64,000 bases of DNA from a bacterium (GCA_046727495.1 JBKPCS010000094.1:16029-80028); one strand, 5' to 3'. Positions 8,536-20,197 are shown, counted from the first letter of the stretch. Notes: generated from the sequence alone by a model not told the origin. Numbers and translations are program-made.

Positions 8536-9813
8536 TCAGCCTCGTGCGCGTTGCGCGGCGACATCACTAAAAAAACGCCGCAACGCTGCGATCCGTTCCG
8601 ATACCGGTGGGTGCGAATAATGGAGCCCGACGAGCAAGGGATGTGGACTCAGATTCGAGAGACTGTCTCTGCTCAGTTTCTTTAGCGCTGTGATCAGCGG
8701 ATCGGGGTCCTGTAGTGACTCGGCGGCAAAATGATCTGCCTCAAACTCATGGCGCCGGCTCCAAAAATTAGATAAGACGCCGATCAAAACTGCGGCCGGC
8801 TGAACCAGGATAAAGAATAGTGCGAGGCCGACATAATAAGAGGGGTGCGACACCCCGAATGCCTTAAGCAGTTCGGGACGCGATACACAGAGCGACGCCG
8901 CTCCGAACAGCAGGAACAGATTCAATTGAGCAAAGAGAAAATGCTGGACGATATGTCGTTTCTTGTAGTGGGCGATTTCGTGCGCCAGCACGGCCACGAG
9001 CTCCGGCACGGTATGGTTTTGGATCAAAGTATCATAAAGCGCGATTCTTTTGTTAGCTCCAAAACCAGTGAAGAACGCATTGGCTTTCGAAGAGCGTCGT
9101 GAACCATCGATCACCAGCAGCTCCCGCATGGGGAACTTCTGCTGGCGGCATAGCTCGGTGACACGATCTCGCAGCTCTCCCTCCGGCAATGGGGAGAACT
9201 TGAAAAACAGCGGCAACAACATCGTCGGGGCAAGGTACGTGACGAAGATCGAAACCGCCGCCACGCAAATCCAGGCGATCAGCCAGGCACTGGTTCCAAA
9301 TTTCTCGAATAAAGACAACACAAGGGCAAGGAGGCCGCCGAGGAGAACGCCTGAGATAACCCATTGCTTCAGATGATCGACCACGAACGTTGACCATTTC
9401 GTTCGATTGAATCCGTAGCGTTCTTCGATCACGAAGGTGTGATGGATCTCGAAAGGCAGCGACAAAAGCTCACGGGGAACGGCGAGCGCACCGAAATAGA
9501 ATAATCCCGCGAGAACGGGCGGAAACTGAAATCCGCGAATCCATAGATCCAGGATTTCAAATCCGCGAAAAGACCAGAACAAAAGGAGCGCGATCAGGGA
9601 TATCGTACTAACGGTCAGCTCGAACCAGGTATTGACTCGTGCATATTCCTGGGCGCGTTGATAGCGCGAAGCATCAAATACATCTGCAAACTCGTCCGGT
9701 ACACGGTGGCCCAGTCTGCGGAGATTCAGAAGTTTAGCGACCGAGTCTAAAAGGTAGTAGCCGACCAGGGCACAGAAGATGAAACCGGCTAGCATGCTGC
9801 AGCAATCTAGCAC
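8536..9813 (-). CDS. M48 family zinc metallopeptidase (Ste24/CAAX prenyl protease-like)
   Basis: Multi-pass membrane protein with HEIAHYKKRH (HExxH) and a downstream EFEAD. An alternative start at 9795 (MLAGFIF...) is equally plausible. Confidence 0.8.
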   Translation of the reverse strand: MLDCCSMLAGFIFCALVGYYLLDSVAKLLNLRRLGHRVPDEFADVFDASRYQRAQEYARVNTWFELTVSTISLIALLLFWSFRGFEILDLWIRGFQFPPVLAGLFYFGALAVPRELLSLPFEIHHTFVIEERYGFNRTKWSTFVVDHLKQWVISGVLLGGLLALVLSLFEKFGTSAWLIAWICVAAVSIFVTYLAPTMLLPLFFKFSPLPEGELRDRVTELCRQQKFPMRELLVIDGSRRSSKANAFFTGFGANKRIALYDTLIQNHTVPELVAVLAHEIAHYKKRHIVQHFLFAQLNLFLLFGAASLCVSRPELLKAFGVSHPSYYVGLALFFILVQPAAVLIGVLSNFWSRRHEFEADHFAAESLQDPDPLITALKKLSRDSLSNLSPHPLLVGLHYSHPPVSERIAALRRFFSDVAAQRARG

Positions 9814-9886
9814 CTGTGGGTGTTAACGCTCAAGAATGCCGGATGGCGGTAAAATGATCCCACCGATCCGGCTACGATCGAGTCAT

Positions 9887-9937
9887 CGGTAGGACTGTGC
9901 TTCATCCGGCAGCGGCCGAACTTGTGCGCGTTTTGGC
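9887..9937 (+). repeat. dispersed repeat family A, copy 1 (core ...ATCCGGCAGCGGCCG...), overlapping the ybeY stop
   Basis: cggtaggactgtgcttcatccggcagcggccgaacttgtgcgcgttttggc aligns by eye at about 85% identity with 18907-18954. It contains a small stem (ccggc / gccgg, loop agcg; the 6-bp tccggc / gccgga form is seen in copy 2). Confidence 0.7.
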
Positions 9938-10348
9938 TACCAGCCGCTCCTGCACCCTTTGCATCGCACGGCGTCCCTTATCGCTCGCATCCTCGAACCC
10001 GCATAGATGCAACAGTCCATGGACGATGTACAACTCGAGCTCGTATTCGAAGCTCGTACCAAACTCCTTTGCTTGCTTTGCTGCAGTCTCCACGCTGATA
10101 AAGACTTCACCGTGATGAAAGGTGATCACGTCGGTCGGACCCTTGATCGACATGTACTTACGGTGTAACCAGGCGATCCGCGCGTCGGAGACAAAGATGA
10201 TGTTGATATCTTCCGGCAGCTCGGCCGGTCGCCGGCCAGCCAGCAACTCTGAAAGTGCCTGCCCAACAAAGCTCTGAAGCTTCTGCAGATCGATTCGTCT
10301 CTTGCGCTGCCGGTTCAGCAACCGAAATGAAGGCATCGAACAGGTCAA
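9902..10348 (-). CDS. ybeY: rRNA maturation RNase YbeY
   Basis: 148 aa with the zinc-binding motif HGLLHLCGFED. Overlaps the upstream gene's stop by 4 nt. Confidence 0.9.
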   Translation of the reverse strand: MTCSMPSFRLLNRQRKRRIDLQKLQSFVGQALSELLAGRRPAELPEDINIIFVSDARIAWLHRKYMSIKGPTDVITFHHGEVFISVETAAKQAKEFGTSFEYELELYIVHGLLHLCGFEDASDKGRRAMQRVQERLVAKTRTSSAAAG

Positions 10349-11928
10349 GCCGCAGAAGCAGGAGGAAGGTTGCGGAGCCGTTTGCTCTCCTGCTCCGCTC
10401 GCTCTTCGTCCTTCGGATATTTGATCCTGGTATGAAGCATGTTCTGCAACGTGAATCGAAAAGTTTCAGCAATGACTTTCAGTTCCTTCAGTGTGAGGTC
10501 GCACTCGTCAAGCTGACCCTCAGCTATCCGCTTGCTGATGATACTGTTTACCAGTTGCTCGATTTTTTGCGGAGTCGGCTTGTCCAGGCTGCGGGAAGCG
10601 CTTTCAACCGCATCGGCCAAGCTAATGATGCCGCATTCTTTGAACTGCGGCTTCGGACCGCTATAGCGGAAACTCTCTTCTCTTACTTCCGGTATATCTT
10701 CTTCCCGGATATTCATTATCTTTCCGCCCTCTCTGGCGTCCCTCCGCTGCTGCAGCGCGCGTTGATAAAAGTAGGCCACTAAAGAGGTCCCGTGATGTTG
10801 TTGGATCACATCGATAATCCGCTGGTTCAGACCATACTTGAGCGCCAGATCCACACCTTCTTTGACATGCGCAATAATAATCAAGGCGCTCATGGTCGGC
10901 GCCAGATCATCATGCGGATTTTCGTCTCCAACAATGTTCTCGGAAAAATAATTCGGTTTCACCAGCTTGCCGATATCGTGAAAATAGGCACAGGCACGGC
11001 AGATGGCTCCATTGGCTCCGATCTTGTTAGCTGCAGCTTCGGCCAGATCGGCTACGACGTCGCTATGATGCCAGGTCCCTGGCGCCTCGAGGCTAAGCCG
11101 CAAAAGCAGAGGATGATTGCGGTCTGCCATCTCCAGCCATGACATGTCGGTCGTGATCTGAAAGATCCCTTCCAACATCGGTAACGCACCGCTCACGATC
11201 ATAGCTGTCACAACCCCGGTAAAAATGGCGGCGACGGATTGCTTCATGAAGAGGGTCCAATCCATTACTCCAAGCTGCAGCCAAGGTATCGTGATGATCC
11301 CAAAAGAGAGCGCAAGGATCCAGGTTGCCAACCCGACGTAGAAACCGGCGCGTAACAATCGGCTGCGCCGGCGCACCTGGATCGTCAGGAAAACCGATAT
11401 GAACCCACTGATTAGACTCATGACCAGCAGAAACGCGTCGATCCCGCGGAACAGAATCGCGCTCCAGAGGCTGACATAAATTACCGCATAGATTCCGTTG
11501 TTCTTTCCGAGCAGGACGGATAGCACCAGCGGAGCCAGGGCATAAGGAATTAACAATACGCCGATTGGTCCGTTGTCCTGGCCAGTAACAATGGTGACCA
11601 ATTTCGCCACAACCAGATGAAATAGAATCACGCCGAACACGAGCCCGACTCTTGAGTTCTTCTCGAACGTTCCAGGGTGATTAATCCAAAGTTGAGCGAC
11701 AGCCGTGACGAACACGAGCAGCGCGATCAGAAAGTATTTCGCAGGATCCGGATGCTCCCCGGAGAAAATCAAAACCGCTAATCCCAGAACGAATGCGCCA
11801 AAGATCGCCGCTTTGATCCAGGGATTCACTTCGAATCGGCGCATCCACTCCTTGTGCGCCGGCTTTCTTCGAACCTTCGTACAAGCAAGGCCCTGCCTAA
11901 CTAGTTTTTTGCGACTCGACCCAAACAT
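10345..11928 (-). CDS. 7TM-HD phosphohydrolase (PgpH/YqfF-like), lacking a large N-terminal extracellular domain
   Basis: About seven TM helices followed by an HD domain (HHSDVVADLAE...AYFHDIGK). Start chosen at ATG 11928, 7 nt after the phoH stop. The ORF opens at 12015 but would overlap phoH by 80 nt. Confidence 0.8.
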   Translation of the reverse strand: MFGSSRKKLVRQGLACTKVRRKPAHKEWMRRFEVNPWIKAAIFGAFVLGLAVLIFSGEHPDPAKYFLIALLVFVTAVAQLWINHPGTFEKNSRVGLVFGVILFHLVVAKLVTIVTGQDNGPIGVLLIPYALAPLVLSVLLGKNNGIYAVIYVSLWSAILFRGIDAFLLVMSLISGFISVFLTIQVRRRSRLLRAGFYVGLATWILALSFGIITIPWLQLGVMDWTLFMKQSVAAIFTGVVTAMIVSGALPMLEGIFQITTDMSWLEMADRNHPLLLRLSLEAPGTWHHSDVVADLAEAAANKIGANGAICRACAYFHDIGKLVKPNYFSENIVGDENPHDDLAPTMSALIIIAHVKEGVDLALKYGLNQRIIDVIQQHHGTSLVAYFYQRALQQRRDAREGGKIMNIREEDIPEVREESFRYSGPKPQFKECGIISLADAVESASRSLDKPTPQKIEQLVNSIISKRIAEGQLDECDLTLKELKVIAETFRFTLQNMLHTRIKYPKDEERAEQESKRLRNLPPASAA

Positions 11929-11935
11929 AATCCTT

Positions 11936-12907
11936 TTAACCCTTCCGCTCCTTGGTTCCGCGATACGCGCTGTACGCTTTGATGATCGATTGGACGAGCG
12001 AGTGCCGAACGACATCGCGCTCTGAGAATTTAGTGAAATGAATCCCTTCGACCTTTTTCAGCGCTTGCATCGCTTCGATTAAACCGGATCTCCGGTTAGG
12101 CGGAAGATCGATCTGGGTTTGATCGCCAGTCACGACACATTTGGAGTCTCCACCCAGCCTGGTTAAGAACATGAACATTTGTTCGGTTGTCGTATTTTGT
12201 GCTTCGTCGAGAATCACAAAAGCGTGGTTTAAAGTTCGCCCCCTCATATACGCCAACGGCGCGATTTCGATAACCCCACGATCCACGTACTTCTCAATGT
12301 CTTCCGCCTCGAGCATATCATACAGCGCATCATACAGGGGACGCAAATACGGGAATATCTTTTCCTGGAGATCGCCCGGCAAGAACCCTAACGCTTCTCC
12401 TGCCTCCACGGCGGGGCGAGTCAGGATGATTCGTTTCACCAGCTCTTTTTTCAAAGCGTCAACCGCCATCGCTACAGCGAGATAGGTTTTGCCGGTGCCC
12501 GCGGGCCCGATCCCGAAAACGATGTCCCGGTGTTCGATCGCTTTTACGTAATCGAGTTGTTGTTCGCTTTTCGGAACAATTGGGGCTCGCCGGTTGGGAG
12601 CGAATACTTTGTGACCGGCCAGCTGGCCCAACGGCTGGCGAAGCCCTTCGGCAACCGAATCCAAGGCGTATTGGAACTCGTGACGCCGAATCTGGACTCC
12701 GTGCCGGCGTGCCTCTTCGAGCTGATCAAAGACCCGCCTCGTTTTGTCGATATTTGGCCGCTCGCCTTCGACCCGTAACCATCCGTCCCGGGTTGTTAAT
12801 TTCACGGCCAAGCGCTCCTCCAGTCTTTGCAACAGGCTCAAATCGTTCGCGTAGAGGTTCTGCAAAGTTCGCGCGCTATCGAACTGGAGCGTGTCGGTTT
12901 CAGCCAT
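11936..12907 (-). CDS. phoH: PhoH family ATPase (YbeZ-like)
   Basis: 323 aa with Walker A GIGPAGTGKTYLAVA and Walker B FVILDEAQN. Sits in the classic phoH-HD-ybeY gene order. Confidence 0.9.
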   Translation of the reverse strand: MAETDTLQFDSARTLQNLYANDLSLLQRLEERLAVKLTTRDGWLRVEGERPNIDKTRRVFDQLEEARRHGVQIRRHEFQYALDSVAEGLRQPLGQLAGHKVFAPNRRAPIVPKSEQQLDYVKAIEHRDIVFGIGPAGTGKTYLAVAMAVDALKKELVKRIILTRPAVEAGEALGFLPGDLQEKIFPYLRPLYDALYDMLEAEDIEKYVDRGVIEIAPLAYMRGRTLNHAFVILDEAQNTTTEQMFMFLTRLGGDSKCVVTGDQTQIDLPPNRRSGLIEAMQALKKVEGIHFTKFSERDVVRHSLVQSIIKAYSAYRGTKERKG

Positions 12908-12968
12908 TCAATAAGATTAAGAAAATGCGGATAAGGAATTAGCCGAAAAACGGGCTAGAATCAAAGCC

Positions 12969-13397
12969 TCATTTATAGGCGTACACCATAGCCCACGACG
13001 TGCGTTCTTGCGGTGAACTAATAACTTCCGCTACAATATAATACGTACCAGTGGCGGGCGCGATGACTCGAGCGGCAGCAAATCTGCCTTTTTGCCACGA
13101 GCTATTTTCAACCAGTTTACCTCTGCTGTCGTACACATGAATGGAAATTCGGGCGTTATCGGCATCGGTTCCCATACAAAACCAATAGTCGTTTCCCTTG
13201 AAAAGAGTATGTGGGAACGCCTTCTGCTCTTTAACTCCTAAGTCGCCTCCCCATTGATCTTCACGGACGACGTATCCCTGTTTTACATAGGGATCGATCG
13301 CTTCGAGTGCCCGTGAAATCGCGTCATCTACTGTCGCGAAAGCCGAGGCCAGAACGAACGAAATCGAAAGAAAGACTAGTGCACCAAGTCGTCTCAC
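12969..13397 (-). CDS. hypothetical secreted protein
   Basis: 142 aa with GTG start and signal peptide MRRLGALVFLSISFVLASAFA. No recognised domain. Confidence 0.45.
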   Translation of the reverse strand: MRRLGALVFLSISFVLASAFATVDDAISRALEAIDPYVKQGYVVREDQWGGDLGVKEQKAFPHTLFKGNDYWFCMGTDADNARISIHVYDSRGKLVENSSWQKGRFAAARVIAPATGTYYIVAEVISSPQERTSWAMVYAYK

Positions 13398-13409
13398 AAG
13401 TGGGCTCCG

Positions 13410-14222
13410 TTAGGCGTGTGCGTCGGTATCAATCGCTCGAACGATTTCACCGGTGATTTCATTGATGCGCCTTACCGAAGCGGGCGTGATTTTCTGGTGA
13501 ATTAATGGAGATATTTCATCCAGGCCGCGTTGAACTCGACCCACCAACGCGTTGGAACGGATACGGGGCGGCATGTCAACCAATCGCTGCTGAAAATATC
13601 TCAAGAGATCAGGCTGATTCAGGAGGTCGGCGCCGTCCGAGGAATAGCTTTTGCCTACGATTGAGGTCAGCACCTCGGTGCCCCGTAACCATCCTCCGAG
13701 ACTAACCAGATGAGCGAGCTGGGCGTCTTTGAGCTCGATCATTGCTTTCTTTACGTCGCTAAGAGCGCCATCCAATTCTCGACGGACACCGGGCCAGTTA
13801 TTTTCATCGGCTCTCATCAAGATCGCATTGGTCCGGCTGAGCACCGTTTTTTCGACGCCGATGCCGCGCGCGAGCTCGAGCACATCGCGGCCGATTGCTT
13901 TGACACGCTCTTTGTCGGTGGCCTCAACCGCGACGAATCCTTCGGCAATTACCGAACCGAGGAGTAGCGCAATCTGCGCGCGCGCACCGCGCTTCTTGAC
14001 ATCAGGAGGCCTCAGTTCGCCTTTCCAATCCGGGGTACCCAACTTGTCGAGCACGTTAAACACTTCGCTCGGCAGTGGTACTACCACGTCATCGAGGCGC
14101 GTTGCTGGAAATTTCGAAAGATCGATTCGGCTAGGCGGTGCATCGGCGAACGCAGAATGAGACGCGAAGAGCAGAACCAGGCAGGTAGCACGAACCAGGA
14201 TCTTAAACACGCAAGCACTCAA
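13410..14222 (-). CDS. hypothetical secreted protein
   Basis: 270 aa with an N-terminal signal-like segment ending SHSAFADA. The start is uncertain (TTG 14222 or GTG 14210). No recognised domain. Confidence 0.45.
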   Translation of the reverse strand: MSACVFKILVRATCLVLLFASHSAFADAPPSRIDLSKFPATRLDDVVVPLPSEVFNVLDKLGTPDWKGELRPPDVKKRGARAQIALLLGSVIAEGFVAVEATDKERVKAIGRDVLELARGIGVEKTVLSRTNAILMRADENNWPGVRRELDGALSDVKKAMIELKDAQLAHLVSLGGWLRGTEVLTSIVGKSYSSDGADLLNQPDLLRYFQQRLVDMPPRIRSNALVGRVQRGLDEISPLIHQKITPASVRRINEITGEIVRAIDTDAHA

Positions 14223-14254
14223 TCACTCAAGAACTCAAGTATTCAAGTACAAAG
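14215..14254. repeat. tandem octamer array (GCACTCAA TCACTCAA GAACTCAA GTATTCAA GTACAAAG)
   Basis: Read directly from the sequence. Overlaps the putative start codon of the 13410-14222 gene, in the region divergent from the heptose kinase gene. Confidence 0.6.
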
Positions 14255-14450
14255 AACCGCGTCGTGTTCACTTGAAACCGCCTCGGATCGCGAAGAGACG
14301 CAAAATGAGAGCCAGGGTAACCCCGCCGCAATGCCGGGGGAAGCCTTGGCTTTCATTTGTTGTCGCGTCGCGACAAGCAGTGGCCCAATAAAATTTCCTT
14401 TGAGCAAACTCACTTTGCAGAGACAATCCGCCTGCTAATCACCAAACACG

Positions 14451-15455
14451 ATGCAGCTTGATCGCGTAAAGGAGCTTTTACAGAACATTCAGGACAAACG
14501 ATTGCTCGTCATCGGCGACCTCATGCTGGACGAGTTTGTGTGGGGGCGTGTTTCCAGGATTTCGCCAGAAGCGCCGGTTCCTGTGGTTGAGGTGATTCGC
14601 GAATCGTACTATCCGGGCGGCGCAGCGAACGTAGCCAGGAACGTCAGAGAATTTGCCCACGCGATTCAAGTTATGGGCGTTGTCGGCCAGGACAGTCATG
14701 CCGAGAGACTTAAGAAAATCCTGGATGATTGCGGCATTGGGTTGGAAGCGATAGAGAGCGACCCTTCATTTCACACAATCGTAAAAACCCGGATCATCGC
14801 GCGCCATCAGCAAGTCGTACGAGTAGACCGGGAGCGACCCCAGCCGAGCTCGGAGGAGTTGCAAGATCGCTGCCTCTGTAAACTGCGCGCGCTCCTGCCG
14901 GAGCTCGATGCAATTATCTTTGAGGATTACGGAAAAGGATTCTTGCAGCAGCGTTTTGTTGACGAGGTCATTGCTCTCGCTAACAAGAACGGCAAGCTGG
15001 TTACCGCGGACCCGAATCCGAGGAACAGGTTGACCTGGCGAGGACTTACTGCTGTCAAACCGAATCGAAGCGAGGCCTTTGCAGCCACGAATGAACCGTG
15101 GGTTGAACCGGAGGGGGACCCCCTGCAAGATTCTGCTCTGCATAGAGTCGGAAACGAATTGATGAAGGTCTGGAGCCCGAAGCATCTGTTGATAACTTTG
15201 GGCGAGCACGGAATGCTCCTGCTCGACGGCGAAAAACCGCCCTATCACGTACCTTCTCGCGCACGAGAAGTCTTTGATCTTTCCGGAGCCGGAGACACTG
15301 CGATCGCGTTATTTACTTTAGCTCTAGCTGGTGGCGCAACGGCGATAGAAGCTGCTGAAATTTCCAATCACGCGAGCAGCGTAGTTGTGGGTAAACTGGG
15401 AACAGCGACGGTCTCGCCCGAGGAGCTTTTGCGAAGCTTTCGAGAAAATGGGTAG
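14451..15455 (+). CDS. hldA: D-glycero-beta-D-manno-heptose-7-phosphate kinase (RfaE domain I type, monofunctional)
   Basis: 334-aa PfkB-family kinase with N-terminus LVIGDLMLDEFVWG and the motif DLSGAGDTAIA. No adenylyltransferase domain is fused. Confidence 0.75.
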   Translation: MQLDRVKELLQNIQDKRLLVIGDLMLDEFVWGRVSRISPEAPVPVVEVIRESYYPGGAANVARNVREFAHAIQVMGVVGQDSHAERLKKILDDCGIGLEAIESDPSFHTIVKTRIIARHQQVVRVDRERPQPSSEELQDRCLCKLRALLPELDAIIFEDYGKGFLQQRFVDEVIALANKNGKLVTADPNPRNRLTWRGLTAVKPNRSEAFAATNEPWVEPEGDPLQDSALHRVGNELMKVWSPKHLLITLGEHGMLLLDGEKPPYHVPSRAREVFDLSGAGDTAIALFTLALAGGATAIEAAEISNHASSVVVGKLGTATVSPEELLRSFRENG

Positions 15456-15466
15456 TGTGAGGTGGC

Positions 15467-15804
15467 AAATCTTGGGTTCAGGTCGCGCAGGCAACCTGCA
15501 CGCAAAGACTCAGGAGAATGAGCTCACGCCAAGACGCCAAGGCGCAAAGGTTGAGAGAGGCCTCATGGAAATCGTCCTCAATCTCGTTCTCGTCCTCGAA
15601 CTCGCAGGCACAACCTGACTCTAAATGTCGTTTACATGGAAGCCTAGTAGAAGGGCGTCTCTCACAACAAAAGCCCTTGGAACGTAACGTCCGTACTCGC
15701 TCCGCGCCGTGCCCTCTCTTAAACTTTGCGTCTTTGCGTCTTGGCGTGAGATCCTTCTTTGCGTGTTCGCGTGAAATTGCCCGCGCGACCTGAATCCAAG
15801 ATTT
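15467..15804. repeat. 338-bp element with ~94-bp imperfect terminal inverted repeats, filling the hldA-gmhB spacer
   Basis: The left arm 15467-15560 (aaatcttgggttcaggtcgcgcaggc...cacgccaagacgccaaggcgcaaaggttgagagagg) is the approximate reverse complement of the right arm 15712-15804. The arms contain degenerate GCGTTTN-type heptamers. Confidence 0.75.
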
Positions 15805-15807
15805 CCC

Positions 15808-16347
15808 ATGCCTCAAGCACCCCGAAACAAAGCCATCTTCCTGGACCGAGATGGCACTCTGATGGTCGACACCGGATACTGTTCCAATCCGGCAGAAGTA
15901 AAGCTAATCGATGGCGTTCAGGAGTTATTGCGCCAGCTCAAGGCAGCAGGATTCAAAGTTGTTATTGTCACAAATCAAAGCGGCATTGGGCGAGGCTATT
16001 TTGGCGAGCGTGAATTTTGGGCCGTTCAAAAAGAGTTCGAACGCCAGGTTGGTGGCAATCTCATCGACGCGACCTATTTCTGTCCGGACACGCCGGAAAA
16101 CGCCAGTGAGCGCCGGAAACCGAACCCCGGCATGTTGTTGGAGGCGGCAAACGATCTGGGGATCGACCTCACCGAGAGCTACATGATTGGTGACAAGGTT
16201 ACGGATGTGGAGGCTGGCGTCCGCGCTGGAGTCAAAGCATCGATATTGGTGAGTCCGGGAGCCCCGGAAAAATTGTCTGCCTCTGCTGCAGCATTTGTTC
16301 TTGGGGATTTGCGCGAAGCGGCGCACATTATTTTGGGAATGGGATAG
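15808..16347 (+). CDS. gmhB: D-glycero-beta-D-manno-heptose 1,7-bisphosphate 7-phosphatase
   Basis: 179-aa HAD-IIIA protein with motif I FLDRDGTL, VTNQSGIGRG and a downstream GDKVTD. Confidence 0.8.
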   Translation: MPQAPRNKAIFLDRDGTLMVDTGYCSNPAEVKLIDGVQELLRQLKAAGFKVVIVTNQSGIGRGYFGEREFWAVQKEFERQVGGNLIDATYFCPDTPENASERRKPNPGMLLEAANDLGIDLTESYMIGDKVTDVEAGVRAGVKASILVSPGAPEKLSASAAAFVLGDLREAAHIILGMG

Positions 16348-16451
16348 GAGCGCGAAGACCCCTGGAATGTCGACCTGGAAAGTCAATCCGCCAAAGGCGC
16401 GATCAAGCCGGAGGCCTGCTTGCAGCCGAACAAACGATATCGCTTCACTTC

Positions 16452-16492
16452 AATCCTCCGGATCGACCGTCGGGCGACATTCCAGCTCGACA
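16452..16492. repeat. fragment related to dispersed repeat family C
   Basis: aatcctccggatcgaccgtc...cattccagctcgac shares blocks with 27174-27296 (ccttccagctcgac) and 52343-52448 (ggatcgaccgtc). Confidence 0.4.
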
Positions 16493-16544
16493 TTTCGCGT
16501 TTCCGCTCGACGCGAGCCGGACCGATCCATAACCATTCCTACGA

Positions 16545-18866
<2,322 letters not shown>

Positions 18867-18868
<2 letters not shown>

Positions 18869-18905
18869 CGTTTCGCGTTTGGCGTTTAGCGTTTGGCGTT
18901 CGGCG
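18867..18905 (+). repeat. tandem heptamer array GCGTTTN x5 starting on the pyrG TAG stop codon
   Basis: t-agcgttt cgcgttt ggcgttt agcgttt ggcgttc ggcg. The same unit forms the gyrB-gyrA hairpin (59081-59148). Confidence 0.75.
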
Positions 18906-18906
18906 C

Positions 18907-18954
18907 CGGTAGGGCTGAGCTTTATCCGGCAGCGGCCGGACTCGTGTGCGTGGC
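18907..18954 (+). repeat. dispersed repeat family A, copy 2 (left flank of the toxin-antitoxin module)
   Basis: cggtagggctgagctttatccggcagcggccggactcgtgtgcgtggc. 42 of 48 positions match the reverse complement of 20241-20288 by manual alignment. Confidence 0.75.
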
Positions 18955-19004
18955 AGGCCAAACGGTCGAGCCAGAAAGGCACGACTATTGACGGTTATGC
19001 GACG

Positions 19005-19679
19005 TCAATCGATCCTCCGGATCGTCGGTGTCCGGGTGCCGAGCCATTGATATTCAAAATGGTGGCTTTGGCGAACATTCTTAATCAAGGGCGGCATGAA
19101 GCAGGCTGTACAGGTTGCTCCTGGTTTCCTTACACTCGGATAGACAATTCCGTTGGAGCCTTGGTCCAGCAGCTGACCCGCCAGGGCTTGACTTGCGACA
19201 TAGCTGTTCGGGTCCAGGTACGGCTTATGGGCTGGCTCGGAAGCGAACAATTTGTTAAACTCTGCCGCAAAATCCGCGAGATAGAGCCGGTATTGGGCCC
19301 TGCTGTCGAAAACGCCGATCTCCTCAAATTCTTTGGTACGATGATAAACGATCTCGGCGTGGGCCCCGTCGACCGTGTCGGCTGCGTACCAGGCACCTCT
19401 CCTTGAGTCATTGAACCGACCGCCATCCGGACGCGGATGGGTAAACGCAGCCATGATCACCATCGCGCCAGGACGGCCCGTGACCCATTGATCGGACGGA
19501 ATCCGGTTCAGGATTCCCAATTCCGCCGAGATCCGATCGTTGGTCCAAGCTTCCAACTCGAAAATCGCCTGCAGATCTTCGGGACTCGCAACACGATCAA
19601 GGATACCGACGGAAGGGAATCGACTAGCGATAAGCCGGCAACTGTCTGTAAAAGAGAAAAATCGGGTGGGAATTGCCAT
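19005..19679 (-). CDS. RES domain toxin (RES family NAD+ phosphorylase, MbcT-like)
   Basis: 224 aa with the R/E/S triad contexts GGRFN, AHAEIVYH and GIVYPSVR. Lies immediately downstream of a DUF2384-type antitoxin gene. Confidence 0.85.
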   Translation of the reverse strand: MAIPTRFFSFTDSCRLIASRFPSVGILDRVASPEDLQAIFELEAWTNDRISAELGILNRIPSDQWVTGRPGAMVIMAAFTHPRPDGGRFNDSRRGAWYAADTVDGAHAEIVYHRTKEFEEIGVFDSRAQYRLYLADFAAEFNKLFASEPAHKPYLDPNSYVASQALAGQLLDQGSNGIVYPSVRKPGATCTACFMPPLIKNVRQSHHFEYQWLGTRTPTIRRID

Positions 19680-19705
19680 CCTGGCGCAACAAGGTGCCGA
19701 GTTTC

Positions 19706-20149
19706 TTAGCCACGGCGCCCGTCCAGGAGTCGCCGAACCTGATAAAGATTATCGATGGAACCAGTCATGTACTGGATTGGGCGTTTGCCAGCGAAGAGCG
19801 GATTTCTGTTATGAATTTTGACCCACTGATTGGCCAGCGCTTCATCAGGGAAAAGAATGTGCAAAGCCTTATAAATACCGAGAACAAGCGAGATCCTTTC
19901 GAGTTGGTCCACTGACACTGCCGGAACGTCGCTTTTTTTCATTTTAAAGAATGTAGCTCGGGCCGGCCAACCCAGCAGGGCCTGTTGCTCCTCGTTGCTG
20001 AGGTCCCATTCACGGGCGACGTTAAAGAACGCACGTAGCCCTGGCCCGGTGAGCCGGCGTCGTGTAGCAAGGTCATGCCTGTGCTCGGGCGGGGTAACCT
20101 CGAGCGGCCGGTCATCGCTATCGAAGGCGCGCTGGAGAACAGTAGTCAT
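19706..20149 (-). CDS. antitoxin Xre/MbcA/ParS-like (DUF2384 domain)
   Basis: 147 aa. The C-terminal part NQWVKIHNRNPLFAGKRPIQYMTGSIDNLYQVRRLL matches the DUF2384 toxin-binding pattern. Located 26 nt upstream of the RES gene. Confidence 0.8.
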   Translation of the reverse strand: MTTVLQRAFDSDDRPLEVTPPEHRHDLATRRRLTGPGLRAFFNVAREWDLSNEEQQALLGWPARATFFKMKKSDVPAVSVDQLERISLVLGIYKALHILFPDEALANQWVKIHNRNPLFAGKRPIQYMTGSIDNLYQVRRLLDGRRG

Positions 20150-20169
20150 GGCGTAGTCTATTTCGAGAT

Positions 20170-20197
20170 ATCGTAGTCCATATCTGGACTATGTCAA
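20170..20197 (-). promoter_or_regulatory. putative sigma70-type promoter of the TA operon with an operator palindrome in the spacer
   Basis: The minus strand reads TTGACA (20197-20192), a 16-nt spacer, then TACGAT (20175-20170). The spacer is the perfect palindrome TAGTCCA-GATA-TGGACTA (20174-20191). A further CGTAGTC half-site lies at about 20151-20157. Confidence 0.45.

Noticed and set aside
8286-8620. Small ORFs (93 aa minus strand, 65 aa plus strand) in the ohr-M48 spacer
   Set aside because: They are driven by the triplet-repeat hairpin (poly-Glu/Asp or Arg/Pro translations). There is no start context or motif.
15478-15816. ORFs of 62-112 aa on both strands inside the hldA-gmhB spacer
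   Set aside because: They lie entirely within the long inverted repeat and are low-complexity mirror images of each other. I interpret them as non-coding.
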